DNA of 64,000 nucleotides, taken from contig CM055976.1 in the NCBI GenBank assembly GCA_029531755.1, positions 6,784,493-6,848,492 of the forward strand. Reading direction: 5' to 3'. This DNA comes from Holothuria leucospilota. Its lineage: Eukaryota. Numbering within the stretch: position 1 is the stretch's first letter; each line of letters begins with the position of its first letter. Under the pieces are notes generated by a model. The model ran no database searches. It worked only from the letters and a program-made list of their open reading frames with translations, and was not told the DNA's origin. Shown in pieces: positions 21,300 through 34,300 of the stretch. Made by a program: the position numbers and the translations under genes.

Positions 21300-22650
21300 T
21301 TAGATATAAATGTCATCACTTAACAAAGGGTTAAACAGGGAGGGCAGGTTTGGAGGGGGGGAGGGTGCTCCTCTGGTGAAAATTTTCCATACCACACTAC
21401 ATCTTAAAACTTGATCAGTGAGAAAGCAATGGAAACAGGGCCAGATTTAAGTATGGGCCAGCGGGACATGTGCCCAGGGCCCCCACAAAATTTCATTACA
21501 GTATTTTTGGGGGGTATGGTATTCCAGGAGTAGCCATCGTACGAAACAGCTGGAATCACACATTGTCGATTGCCTGATTTTTGGCTGTCTTGCATAATTA
21601 GCAGGCTACACTAAAGATCAATCCAGTCTGACCGTGAACTTTTCTTGCCGACGTTCATCTGTGCTAATTTTTGTTTTGTAGGCTTACATGTACAGAAGAT
21701 GGAAATCTATGGAGTTCATTTCGAGTGGGGGGGGAGGGGGGGGGGGTCGAAAGTGACCACAACCTTTGTCCCCTTTCGTGACATGTGCCACTGTAGTCTT
21801 GTGGAGAATTATAGTCGAAGGGGCAGGCCCGTAGTCAAGGGGGGAGCAGGGGTGAAGCCCCCTGAAATTTTTTTGGCCCCCCTAGAGAGTTTTACCATCG
21901 ATTTAATACATTTGTATACATTTGGCCCCATGAAAAAATTCCCCCCCCCGAAAAAAATTTGCCCCCCACCTTGTCTGGCTATGGGCCTGCCAAGGGGGCC
22001 CCACATTAGTTTCTGTCCAGCCCCCCCCCTCCCCCAGGTAAATCTGGCCCTGAATGGAAAGCGTTTTTTTTTTCGGATTGAAGTGGTTCTTTTCTTCTTT
22101 GTAGTCACTACAAGTTTTGCTAACTGAAGACTTTCATACACGAATTTCTGAACCAACAGCCCTTCGCAGAATAATAAATTGATATTTCACTTCATCCATC
22201 ATACAGACCCTTCCGACTACATGGGTGTATTCTGCCTAAAATCAGTGGCGACACCAGGATTTCAAAAGTGGGGTGTGGGGGATGGAGGGCAAAAGAAAAT
22301 TTTAGGTGGGGGAGTTTTCACGCAAAGCAGGAGCTCTCTTGGGTGGGGTCCAGGGGCCTGCCCTAAGATCCCTTGTGGGGTCCTAGGTCAAAGCCCCGTT
22401 GGGGGTCCAGGGGTGCAAAGACCCCGGAATCTCTGAGGTTTTATCATATATCTGGGTAAAAATATTGTCTCAGGATATGTATATTTTGATTCATAATAAT
22501 ACATCATCCAATGCAAATTTTCCAAATAATTTTATTGTATTAGGCTATTCCTTCTGTCAGGCCACTATATTTGAGGAGCTGAGTAGGGGCATCTGGGGGG
22601 GGGAGGTTCTGACTGGGGTCCCATGCCAACCATCCCCCCGTGGTGCCCCC
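21300..22650. repeat. Cluster of interspersed repeats punctuated by poly-G/poly-C runs (ggggtcctaggtcaaagccccgttgggggtccaggggtgcaaagaccccgg and similar)
   Basis: Numerous G(6-14)/C(6-14) runs. Modules resemble those at 9100-9500, 10100-10330 and 44700-44830. Confidence 0.5.
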
Positions 22651-22651
22651 A

Positions 22652-23017
22652 CTACCTAAAAATAAAATAAATAAAAACGAACCAGTCTAAAACTCGGAGA
22701 CGGTCCTGGTTGGCTGGGTTAGCGGCAGCTGGTTCTTCTCGCGGGTGAGCTTCTTCTGCGAGGACAGGTTCAAACATGTAAGGGTTTACTCCCATTCTGG
22801 GCACATGAGCTTCTGCTGCATCCTCTGCTCTGTCGAGATCGAGGTCATCATTTTCTGATTCATCGTTTTCTGAAGAAGATGATGATGAATCACTGAATGG
22901 TGAATCCACACATTCCAGTTCAACATAACCCCCAGCTGGCTCTGCTTCGACCTCGGGGTCTGGTGGGTTGGAGGACATTCTAACGGCGGAATGTTCGATG
23001 GCTGGCAATGAGTTCAC
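22652..23017 (-). CDS. Possible single-exon ORF for a small acidic Ser/Asp/Glu-rich protein of 121 aa. The function is unknown and the C-terminus runs into repeat sequence
   Basis: An ATG-to-stop ORF sits in a GC-richer, CpG-containing island between repeats. It carries DSPFSDSSSSSSENDESENDDLDLD. No homology is recognised. Confidence 0.3.
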   Translation of the reverse strand: MNSLPAIEHSAVRMSSNPPDPEVEAEPAGGYVELECVDSPFSDSSSSSSENDESENDDLDLDRAEDAAEAHVPRMGVNPYMFEPVLAEEAHPREEPAAANPANQDRLRVLDWFVFIYFIFR

Positions 23018-23992
23018 GAATTATTGGACTATCCAACACTTGGGCGTAATCTAGCATATGCACAGGTTTGTTTTGTTTCTTTTCCTTTTCTGGTTCACAT
23101 CTCCATATTGATTCAGTGAAGCACGCGTTATCTTTAGCCCACCAATTGCCACCGCCTTGAAAGTGAATCTGCTCTTAGCCCAAAGTGTCTAGCAGCTGAT
23201 CACAGCTAATAGCTTGAATAAACACAAGGTAATAAATCTCTGGGCTCTTGGAAAGCGGGGCTTAGCACTAAACGGAACTTGAGAACAGCTGAGACTTACT
23301 CTTACATGTCATGGATTAGCGTTTGTTCTCATGTATTCCGTATCTTTCGTAATGTGGACTGAGGAAGTTTATTCACTTTGTTATGGAATGAAAGGGTGTC
23401 TGGTTTGTTTCGTGTGCTTTTATGGATGTTTATTTGGGATTATTCTTTTTCTCGGATAGGCAGGTAAGTGGATTTCCGTTGGTTGTCACGGCATGGTATG
23501 ATTGCTTCTGTATTGAACTAGGACCAGACCAAATGCAGTGTGAACTTGTGATACAATTGCTAAAGCAATTGCGTCGAAATTTTCAAACATTGTGCAAGAA
23601 ATATGCCTATTAAGCCATCGTAGTGACGGCGTAGCCCTAGGGTTATTGATTGTGAAAGACAGGTCTCATCGGTCACTGGTATCGTGATGTACAGTACAGC
23701 CTTGCATTTGGCCTATCAGGACTGCGTACCGCTCCACGTACGTGAACCGTCCCCAGTCTAGGCCAATGGAACTGAACCATGTAATAAATCGTGGTGAAAA
23801 GGGTAATCGTTGCTAAATAAGTATGTTTGCAAAATTCGTATGAACATAAATGACCAGATTTCCTTGCCCCAGCCAGCAAGGCACGGGTTGTCACGATAGC
23901 CCTCGAGCTTACATTCGAACTCGAAGTCACGATCAAGCAAACAGTGACTCATTATTACTGAACAGATGTGTGTACTGACGAACTCTTCACAA

Positions 23993-24000
23993 TGACGTCA
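23993..24000. promoter_or_regulatory. Consensus CRE (TGACGTCA), followed by CGCG in a non-repetitive, CpG-containing stretch of about 1.5 kb (23000-24500)
   Basis: Exact palindromic tgacgtca. It lies between the divergently oriented minus ORF 22652-23017 and the plus candidate first exon at 24446. The setting resembles a bidirectional promoter. Confidence 0.3.
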
Positions 24001-24445
24001 CGCGCTGACCTGTGTGCTGTTCGAGGTCAAAGCAGTGTTTTCAAATTGAGTGAATTCGTGTGTGTTGAGTAGAAGAAAACCCACGTGTTAATTCCCTTCG
24101 TTTGTGACTTTGTGATGAGTGATTTACAAAAATGAAAAAGTATGTTGTTAATTAACAATTAAACTTCAGTCTGTGTAAAAATGAAAGGTTTTCATTTCTG
24201 TCATTGCATTTCTACTTTAAGATATGACCTCAGAGCTAAACAAACTTGAATGTAAAAACTGTACGAACTTCTACTGTATGGTCGTCTGACAGTACGTACC
24301 GCACGCTAGCCGTTTCTCAGTTCCATGATTTTATTCGATCAGAGGCTTCAGAGCCGTTGTCGACACTTGTGCACGAAAAGTTTATAAAGTCTAAGCTACG
24401 CAGACGATTCGCAGTTTCTTCCTGGCTGATCTTTTGGCCTGAAAA

Positions 24446-24474
24446 ATGGAGGTCTTTAAAGGAAGACCATTGCA
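24446..24474 (+). CDS. Candidate first coding exon, ATG GAG GTC TTT AAA GGA AGA CCA TTG CA|gtaagt (MEVFKGRPLQ). It ends in phase 2 and is phase-compatible with the exon at 38618
   Basis: Good Kozak context (gaaaaATGg). A canonical donor gtaagt sits at 24475. The assignment to a gene is speculative. Confidence 0.2.
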
Positions 24475-24539
24475 GTAAGTGTAAACCATTGCATTGATCT
24501 TTAATGTGATTTACGCCTAACGTTTATAGGCCTAGGCCT

Positions 24540-25520
24540 AACCTTACTCGGAAGTTAGAACACTGAACAGTGTGCTGCCCTAGACTAGGCCTAACGAGTT
24601 GGCCTCACCCATAGAGTAGGATATAGGAACTAGAGTGCTCACTCCCCGAAACAGCCGTGATCGAATTGGGACTTGGCCGCCATACAGTTTGTACACACAT
24701 GCTCTCACACATCATAGCTCCTTGCCACCAGTATAATGGTAGGGCCTAGTCCTCAGTAAAGGACTGTGGTCGTTCGCCTACAGCTCTCTATACACAGTCC
24801 TTACACCGACCATTGAAAATAGCGGGGGGATCGGCCGTCTGTGTAATGGTTGAAATTTTCTGTCTTCTCACAGCAAATTCTGAAAGAAAAATCCTAATTT
24901 ACAACCAGGAATTTTCTTCTCCAGATCTTACAAGAGTATTGCAGCTGCTCTGGATCACCGAGAATTTCCGGAAAGTGCCAAAAATATGAAATGAAATCAG
25001 CAACTTTTTCGCTCTGTAAAATTTACTGTGTGACTTTGGAACTTTGTTTACAACAGTATGCTAATAAGCTACGTCGTTACGTCAGTATAGAATACCTCCA
25101 GAGGCAGTTGCCATGTGTGTGCATAGGAACTACAGTAATCAAAATGTTGTGGGTGACGTCACAATATTACGCACACGGCATTCAGATGTCAACAAATATT
25201 TCGAGCGCTACAGTAAATTGTTAAGAAGCGGCCAAGTTGATGATTTTATTTCAAATTTTCGGAACTTTTCCGAGGTTTAAAGTGATAAAAAACAACTGCA
25301 ATATAAGTGTAAGACATGGAAAGGAAAAGTTATGGTAGTTTATTAAGACTTTAGGTCCTAACTTTTCAATAAGAAGAAAATCAATTTCGACCAGCACTGT
25401 GCTGGTCGAAGACCCCGGGTTTTCAATGAGTCGGAGTAAGGACCGTGTATAGGGAGCTTTTGGCGACCGGCTATACACGGGCCTTTACTGAGGACTAGGT
25501 AGGGCCTAGATGCAGGGTTT
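24540..25520. repeat. Block of interspersed repeats with internal inverted repeats. 24730-24790 matches the reverse complement of 25440-25520. 24590-24650 matches the reverse complement of 28580-28650. 24775-25000 matches 31690-31930
   Basis: The shared strings were read directly, for example ggtagggcctagtcctcagtaaagg / cctttactgaggactaggtagggcctag and aaaaatatgaaatgaaatcag(c/a)aactttt. Confidence 0.6.
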
Positions 25521-26043
25521 TTGTTAACCCAAGCTCCCGGGTCTCAGAGGCACGACAAGCTGCCTAGACGCTTGGAAGAAAATCCAGTGCGTCTCATGGA
25601 CGCATGATGTTCAGCCTTATATGCACAAAAATTGTAGCTGTAAATGTTGCAAAATTCCTTGGCAAAAATTACCCCAAACGTGCTACAACATATACCACAC
25701 ACTTGCAGTCAAAGTTTCTTTGAAGCTTCAAGCTTGCATATGTTACAGCCAATTTTTCAGTTTATGCTGACATACTACTGGAAGCAATATAGGCCTCATG
25801 TTGTAGGTCCGTCATGCATGCCAATCATTAACACTCATATGGATGCTGTGCAGTGACGAGCACGGTATACAAACGTACCGCACTGTCAAAATAGGGAAGT
25901 AATGTATGCAAACACCCATATATTAGGCTAGCCACGTGTTACTTGAAGTTCAAGTGAAGAGCACACTGCACCAGCCCTTCCAAATAAGATATTGGCTACG
26001 GCAAAAAAATTGCTGAAGTAAAAATGATTTACTGTACTTCGGC

Positions 26044-26387
26044 AAAATACACTCAGGGTTTCCGCCAAAGGGGGGAAAGGGGGGAATTGTCCCCCCCTTT
26101 CCAGAAGAAGGTGGGTAAAATCACCCCCTTTTCATCTCCATAAAAATTAGAAAAATTGTCCATATCTTGGTTTCTTACTTAAGAAGAGGGCACCTTTGCA
26201 GCAATGTTTGGACTTTCATAAGTAAATGGCCTTTAAAACCCTTCAAAATGCACCTTATAGGGGTCTTGAAGCAAGCTTTTGTCCCTCTGAACCCACTTGT
26301 AACTCTAGCCAGGGACAGCATCAATTTGGACTAGGGGTTTAGGAGCAATTAATCCCCCCCTTTTTTGCATTTCTGGCGGAATCCCTG
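26044..26387 (+). mobile_element. MITE, 344 bp, with 14-bp TIRs (CAGGGTTTCCGCCA / TGGCGGAATCCCTG) and a perfect 5-bp TSD, ACACT
   Basis: Termini read directly. The flanks are ...aaatacact| and |acactttacc. Poly-G/poly-C tracts lie subterminally. A second copy of the same length lies at 30998-31340 in inverse orientation. Confidence 0.7.
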
Positions 26388-27289
26388 ACACTTTACCTCG
26401 GCAGTAAAAGTCATGCAGCCATGTGCATGGCAAGTTAACGAAAGTTTGGCCTATGTACTTGTTTACAAACTTCTTCTACAGTAGGTTAATGTAATTTGTT
26501 TGCTTAAGCTCCGGAATTCCATTGATAAAACCAATACAGCCGCCATTGGAAATTTTTCCCACTTTATTACACATTATACGAGATAAAACGGCTGGTTCTG
26601 AAATCTAAAGGTCGCACTCTGCCGTGTCACATTCATGTGTGTACAGTGATCACTTTCTTCACAGCATGCAGACAGCATAGAGCAGTTCCTATATCCTGCT
26701 TTATGGCAGACAGTGAGTTTCATACGTACAGTAAATACCGATCATAACGAACTTTTTAAAACAAGATTTTCTGTTAAAACTTGAAAAATTGCAACTACAT
26801 TTTGTATATAAAGCAATAATACTGAATATATTTACTCACGTTTCGATCGTGGTGGAAATTTTATCAGAAAACGTTTTCTTTTCAAGTCGCAACTCGAAGC
26901 TTCATTTCGAGCCGTGTAGGCCTAGTGTGCAGCTTTCGTAACCGGCAAGTCCCCGTAAGCATGTCCTGCAATCTATCGCCTCGGCAAAATTTTTGCCGAA
27001 GTCAAGCCAGTTTGTTTCGGCATTTTACCTCGGCATTGCCGAATGCCGAGGCTATTTTCGAGGGCTGCTGCGCATGCACAGTAATGGCTAGAAATTCTAT
27101 GCGCTGGTAGCCCGAGGCTTGCAGCTCGCTATTCAAATGTTAGGGCTTCCAAAATGCATGATTGAAATTGCCTGTCGGGCTAAAGCTGTGAACACTGCAA
27201 AACCTCTGTAGGAAAACTACTTATGGGATGAGAAGTAAGAAGAGTAAAAATAATGCTGCTGTACCCCTACCCTGTTGTATTTCTTTTCA

Positions 27290-27900
27290 ATTTAAACCTT
27301 AACCATAGCCTAATTCTCTAAAAAATGAACGGTAAAACAGAAATCGAAGCACGCAGTATTTCAGTGCAATTACTTAGCTATTCACAACCCTATCCTATCA
27401 TGCATTACATATGGTTGTAGAGAGTAGGTCTAACACGTTATAGTTTCATACAGCAGTACGGAATGCATGATGTGATATATACTGTATCTATACGTAAATG
27501 TATTTGATACTGTGCATAAATCAATGCAGCATGAGTTCCAGTGTATCAAACTTTCTTGCACAGCTAGCTCATGTTTCAGGTATCGTAATTTCTCAAATAA
27601 TGTAAAAAGCAAAATTTATATCATGGTAATAAACATGCATGTTTTGTATAAAAAGCACCCACTGTTATTAATGCAAAATATGACTAATAACAGCAATTTT
27701 AGCAGTACAAGCAGCGATCGAAAGCTTACTCTACTCTCCTGAACCATACCCTACGGTCATACCCACGAACGTAGGTACGTCCGTCAAATTCTCTACAGAC
27801 CCGTGCATAGCCTTATGTATGGGTGTTTGCATTTAATTACGGAACTACACATGCACTCAGGGATGTAGCTACCGTGGGCAGCACTAGGCGGTGACACCCA
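27290..27900 (+). repeat. Interspersed repeat family R3, about 600 bp. A second copy lies at 52085-52760. An inverted fragment lies at 25860-25990
   Basis: Shared strings include aatgaacggtaaaacagaaat, gtttcatacagcagtacg(g/t)aatgcatg, agcagcgatcgaaa and atgtatgggtgtttgcat(t/a)(t/a)aattacgga(a/c)ctacacatgcact. Confidence 0.65.
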
Positions 27901-30900
27901 GCACTTGATATTCCCGCCCAGCACTCCAGGCAAACACACATCTCCCTGCCCACCACAAATTTGCCTACCGAGACCTAAAACTAGCCCTAAATTTAAATTT
28001 ACTCCCTAAAGTAAAACGAGGGAAAAATGCAAAATTAATGGCTGAAAAATGGGGTAGATACCATGGGGGTGGGGTGAGGTGCTTTCCCCAGATCAGACAA
28101 TTACCTGGCACTCAAATTTGGCTAGCTACATCCCTGCATGCACTACAAACTTTGCCGGCTTCGCCGTTCATTTCACTTGAACCTGGCCTAAGGTATCCTG
28201 TACATTACAGTCCTATACCAAACATAGTACGGTATTTGACCGCGAATTCTTTTTGCTCTCTTCGCTTGGAAAAAATGTGGTCAGAGAAAAGGGACGAGCG
28301 TTGATTGATTTTACATCAGTTCAATGAGAAAAAGAATACAATAAAGGAAGAAAATATGTGTTCAAGGTTATACTTTACAAGTACAGGACTCTTGGAAAAT
28401 TTTGGAAACCCTCGAAATTTTGGGGGAAGCTTGAAAAAGAAAGCTGAGAGTTTCTGGACTCTTGAGATTGGAAGCCTAATGAAAACCCTGTAGATGGTTC
28501 CCCATCACTGATCTACTTGTAGCCTTAGAGATCAGTGGTCCCCATGCAATCACAGCGGATTTACGTATGTGGTATTAGGAGTGCGCACTCTAGTTCCTGT
28601 ATCCTACTCTATGGCCTCACCATATCATTAAGTTACCATGGTCGTACGGGCCAGGGGAGGGAGAGGGGGGCAGGTGGGCTGCGAGGAGAGGGAGGCTGGG
28701 GAAAGCCCCCCCCCCCAAATGTCAGAAACCTAAATAAATCGGGCAGATATTTTGTCTCAGTTTGGCGGAAAATTGGAAAAATTGGACAGTTAAATTAGGT
28801 CTGGAGTCGGGCAAAAATCACCGCACTCCCAGAGATAAACAGTCCCGTACGGCCATGTAAGTTACTCTGCACTGTTAGTTCAGGGGACAAAGTGTACAGG
28901 AAGATCTTATATTAGACTACATCCCCACCAAAATCAATTAATAAACTGAATCACCAAAATTGTGATGAGTTTCAGTCTCTCAAGATGAACTCAAAATGCA
29001 TTCAGCCCCTTTCCAGGTCCATTAAATGTTGTGCCCGGTTTCACCCCCAAGTTTTGAGCCAGCATTAAAAAGGCAGCAAGAGTTTGTTTCATTTACTTTT
29101 GTTGGGGAGTGTAGGCCTGGGTACCGAAGGGGCTAGGCTCTAGCTAGGCCTGGCCTAGGCTATGCCAGGTTTTACAATTTCTAATATCGTTGGCGAGTGT
29201 TTTGAGCCAGGGTGAATTCCATGTTAAGCCGAAACTGAAGTTACGCTGAGGTGTCAGCGTTTGTATGCCAACAAAACCAAAGATGTGATTTATACTACAC
29301 AATGAAACATACAACATATTGCCTGTTGTAGGATGATCATCCATTACAGTTGTCATGTGGGATACTCGGGTGAGGACCCCACCGGGATCTTTTCAGAACT
29401 TTTCTGTAGAATTACACATGCAAAAAAAAATCAAACAAAAAAAACTTTTTAATATTTGAACTTAATACTATTTTTCCCACTTTCTGTAGCTCTCTCTCTC
29501 TCTTCTTTCCTCTTTTCAAATTCTACTTTTTACAGGTGAAAACAAAAAAAAAAACATGTAATAATATAATCACTTTCTTGTGCCAGCGGATACAAATGAA
29601 TGAAAATGATTTCTTTTCTTAATCTGCCCTTCTATCTCTGACCTACATTACTTTACCTGGAAGCAATTCTTCTGACCTACATTACTTTACCAAGCAATTC
29701 TTCTGACCTCTCAATACCTATATAAAACAATGTTCCCTTTGAAATTCCCCCTTTATAGGTCACATCCAACAATAAAATCTTTTCTACTCTCCTCAGACTT
29801 ATGGCAAGCGTATACTCCCCCTTCTTTCAAAAGTTCTTTCAGTTCATCATTAATTCAAAGTGTATGAGTGTTTAATTCCAGGAGTACCGGCATTCGATCA
29901 TTCTCCCTCTGTTCCAGTGTGCTCTGACCAGTCTGGTCTACTCATTTAAACTTGTCGATGCATTTTCCTTTTTTCCTCCTTTCCATTCAATTAGAGTCAC
30001 TTGAAAGTTGACTTTCCTTTTCAAAGTCTATGCAGTTTCATTGCTCAATTTCTCTTCAAGAATCATTTAACAGTTTAAGTAATAGCATATTTTTTCTCAA
30101 GCTTTCAAAGCATTAAAATCATACACGCCCTGTACATTATACAATACATGCTGCGGGCAATTTTCAAAGACTTGCCGTAAGACATAATTTAACTATCTTT
30201 AACGATAACATTGTGTCTCGTCTTAACATCTGTTTCAGTAGATGACGTTACATTACAAGTATATATTGACCTCGCTTTTGGTTCTAATATATTTACATTC
30301 CATTTAGGAAATTCTGAAGGAGTACCGCTAACACAAAGACTCGCCCTGCCCCTGTGGGCCATACTAATTTTTAACGATAACTTGCATATATATACGGTAC
30401 AAAAAATTATGCCCTTATATTACACTACCTTTATACACCATACCTTTCTCACAGTAACTTCTTTACAATAAATAACTTACGTTTTGGCAGAATATGAGGT
30501 GACTCGCTCCGCAGTCATATGTAACTCGTGGGCCCAGACATGCCCATCTCTCTCTAGTCGGCAACTCGTGGAAGTTCTTTAAAAAAAATGGTGGCTCACC
30601 ACAGCCTCACGTAAATTTAAGACACTTACTAAGTGCTGCCTCCCGAGGATATTTAGAAAGTCACTCGGACTTCTCGCCCCCAGACTTATCCTCCCACAAC
30701 AACTTTATAATTTCGAGACCTCCTAAGTTTTAGCCGTATATATTTCCTTCACGGTGACTCGGAGCAAAGTGCTTTCCTAATTTCTAGCCAACACCTAGCT
30801 ATCCCTGCCTAGCTACGTTCAGTTGTTAATCCCCATTGTTACCTCCCTGTAACTATTAGGCTTCCGTTTCATAGTCAAAGTAGTTGCGTAATATGGCACG

Positions 30901-30997
30901 CCGGAATGCAAAGCCACCTGTGACAACAGTTACAGTACTTTAAGCAAAAAGTTATGCACAGTTCATCATTCTTTCCTAATTTGCAGGAAATAATCAA

Positions 30998-31340
30998 CAA
31001 GGATTCTGCCAGAAACTCAAAGAGGGGGATTTACAGTATTACTGCAAACCCTAAATCCAAAGTGATGCTGTCCTTGACCAAAGTTACAAGTGGGTTCAGG
31101 GGGACAAAAGCTTGCTTCAAGGTCCCTATATAGGTGCAATTTGAAGGGTTTTAAAGCCATTTAAGTTGAAACATTGCAGCAAAAGTGTCCTCTATTAGAA
31201 ACCAAGAGCCTTGCCAGTATATGAGAAGAAGAAGATATTGACAATTTTTATATTTTTATGGAAACGAAAGGGGAGATTTTACCTTCCTTCTTCTGGAAAG
31301 GGGGGACAAATCCCCTTTCCCCCCTTTGACGGGAACCCTG
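30998..31340 (-). mobile_element. Second copy of the MITE, 343 bp. Its TIRs are caaggattctgccag / ...gggaaccctg and its TSD is ATCA(A/T)
   Basis: The reverse complement aligns end to end with 26044-26387. Flanks atcaa| and |atcat match at 4 of 5 positions. Confidence 0.65.
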
Positions 31341-34300
31341 ATCATATTTTGTGCGTGACTTAATGTGAATTTAGTGGAAACACACTGCAGCTCAGAAAAT
31401 TTTATAGCAGTTTTGACTTTAGATCTAGTTTGCAGTACAAAATATTTACAATTGGTAAGTTGTACAATTGATAAGTTGAACCCCAACTCGAGTGAATTTT
31501 CATGCCGCTTCGGTAAGGTGTACACCAACTCGAGTGAATTTTCATGAAGATACATATGCCAAGTGTTTTCCTTTGTCTATGCTGAAGATATTCGGTGTAT
31601 AGTGCATTAAATGCACTGCTGGGTTTTGGGGGGAGCACATCCAAGTCTTGGCCAGTATTAGTCCTCAGTAAAGTGCTATGTATGGCTGTTCACTGACATC
31701 TCTCCATATGCATTCCTTTGTAATATTCTATGGAAAAAGTGGGATGATCAGCCATCTGTATGATGGTTGCAATTGACTTTCTTCTCATAGCAAATTTTTG
31801 ACCCCAAATCCTAATTTACTACCATAACCAATCTTTTCCAAATCTTACAGGAGCACTGCAGTTCTTTTTTGATCACAGAGATCTTCTGGAATGTCAAAAA
31901 TATGAAATGAAATCAGAAACTTTTTGCACCGGAAGGAAGTGTGTATATAAATATATTAATGAGCCTTATCGTGATGTTATTATGGGACCTTTGCAGAAAC
32001 AGGTGGCCATATGTAGGATATACAGTACAGTGCTCAGATGACTCAGGCCTTGATTTTAGGAAAATTTTATGGTCATCCATTGGACACCCTGTCTGCCACC
32101 CTGTCTGCCATTGACAACCAACCCACCACAAGTGACATGTGCATTTCATGGGTTTACCCACATTTAAACACACAAACCCTCTGACCCACCCAACCCTTCG
32201 AAAAACCCCTGATTAAAATCTCCAAAGTCACGAAAACAAGACCCTGCCTTCGGATCCTTAAACCAGAAAATGTAACTCCAAACAACACACAGATTCACCG
32301 AATTACCAATCTCATTGTACATTCAGCTGTATGAAAGGCAGTAGAGAACATACTGTACCCGCAGTGTGTAGTTTATACAGGGTGCATACTGTACCGGGCC
32401 TGGAAATACTGTACATGGAATTCAAAGTCATTTTCCAGGGCTTAAAAACCTGAAATTTGGGTATTAGAGCCTGAAACTTGTTAGAAACAGTCTGGAAAAT
32501 GTGAACATATCTTTTTAATAAAAAAGTGAAGTGTATGTATCAAGCAATTGCACAAAATCCTCATTATTTTTCTGATAAAAGTAATGGCCAATTCCAATCC
32601 TCTTTGGTCATTCTGTATGATTACCTTCTCAAGGTTTATTGTGTACCCCAACGTGAGAGCGTGAAGCTAATTCCTTTTTCATATTTAATAGCCGACCGCT
32701 ACGGCTAAAATGCATGGACCCTTTCAGTCATATTGTTTGAATGCTCAGATAATCTAATCTCTGTTAATCTAATGTTAGTGTCCAATTTCCATTTTTTCTA
32801 ACACATTTGCCGAATTGTGACTAGCTGCGATGACATTCTGTAACAAAATGACAGTCTTTCTCATTTAAAATTATTAATCAAAGTGGTAAAAAAAGTGAAT
32901 GCTTCCATGAAAATTGATTTCAAGAATGTTAACCTCCACATCGCTCGATGACTGTAACAGACATGCTTAACCAGTATGCACGTGTATAGCATAGGTTCAG
33001 GGAATAATTTTATTATGATATTACATCTTAGGATACAGTAAATTGCAGGGTCCTTTTTGAGGAAAAAAATCTCTGGGGTAAATCATCTCATTAAAACATG
33101 CAAATACAGTGCAGATTGTTTGACAAGGGTCTTTTGCACATGTGATGAAATGACTTTGGGGATTATTGACCAATCGTAGCTTACATGCATGAAATCTTGA
33201 ATGATACCTTTGCATACTGTACATGTAGTCTGCACCCAGTGTATCTTTTACGATAGAAATTAACTGAGGACATGTACACAAATATATAGATCCCAAATAT
33301 AGATCCTATATTGATGTGAGGCCCCTACAAAGGTTGGAGATCGGCCTCCATTTATTCGGAGAAGTGTTATCATCAGAATAGTTGCATACATATTACGTAC
33401 CTTAATAATGGTCATGATGACATGAGATGAAGTGCAAACCGTGACAAATAGGTGCACAGTGCACCAAAATTTTAAGAATAAGATTTCCATGACAAAACCT
33501 GCATGCAGGCTCTGTTTTGAGACACTTTCAGTTCCAATTCCCCAACAAACCTATATGCCAATCACAAAGCCAGTCTTTTACCTGAGAATTCATAAATAGC
33601 TTTCAACTTTTGCTGCTGTGCTTTTCCGGGAGTTGCTACTGGAAGATAGTGATAATAAAAATAATACTGAGATGAGGTTTGAAGTACCGAGGGCACGCAA
33701 AAATCCTTATAGTTTGCGAAGGCTTTGCAAAAATTCTAATAGTTTGAGAACCATTTGTAATATCAAATGATTCCAAAGATCAGTTGCAAACACACCTCAC
33801 CCTAACCCCTGCAGAAATCTATAACTTAAACACCTTTTGGGATCATTTAAAAATTTTCAAATTTTTGTCTCAAATCGATTGAAGGGCATGCACCCCCATG
33901 CCCCCTCCTTACCGGCGCCACTGTTATGAACTAATGGCAGACATGTTTTAATTGTCTTCTGCCACAAATCACCCGCTCTTCCAAATTTCTTCAGCACCAT
34001 ACTGTACACTTCAAACATTTTGACTATTTTCAGTGGTACAGTATATGTCTCACAATTATTGTTTTTTCCATGCAGATGTGATTCTGTAGGGACACAGATT
34101 GCATAAAATGGGATTGAGATTTATTTGCTCTACTCTTTCTTTCAGAAGATTGTCAAGTCAAAATGGCCATGGTAGCAAGTTACAGTACATACAGTATTCT
34201 ATTAGAAAACTGAAAATATGTCATTGCTGACCTGCATGTAACTTAACTATGGTCAATGTCTCTAAGTGCAAACTTTGGTTAGTTTCTCACACAAAATTAT

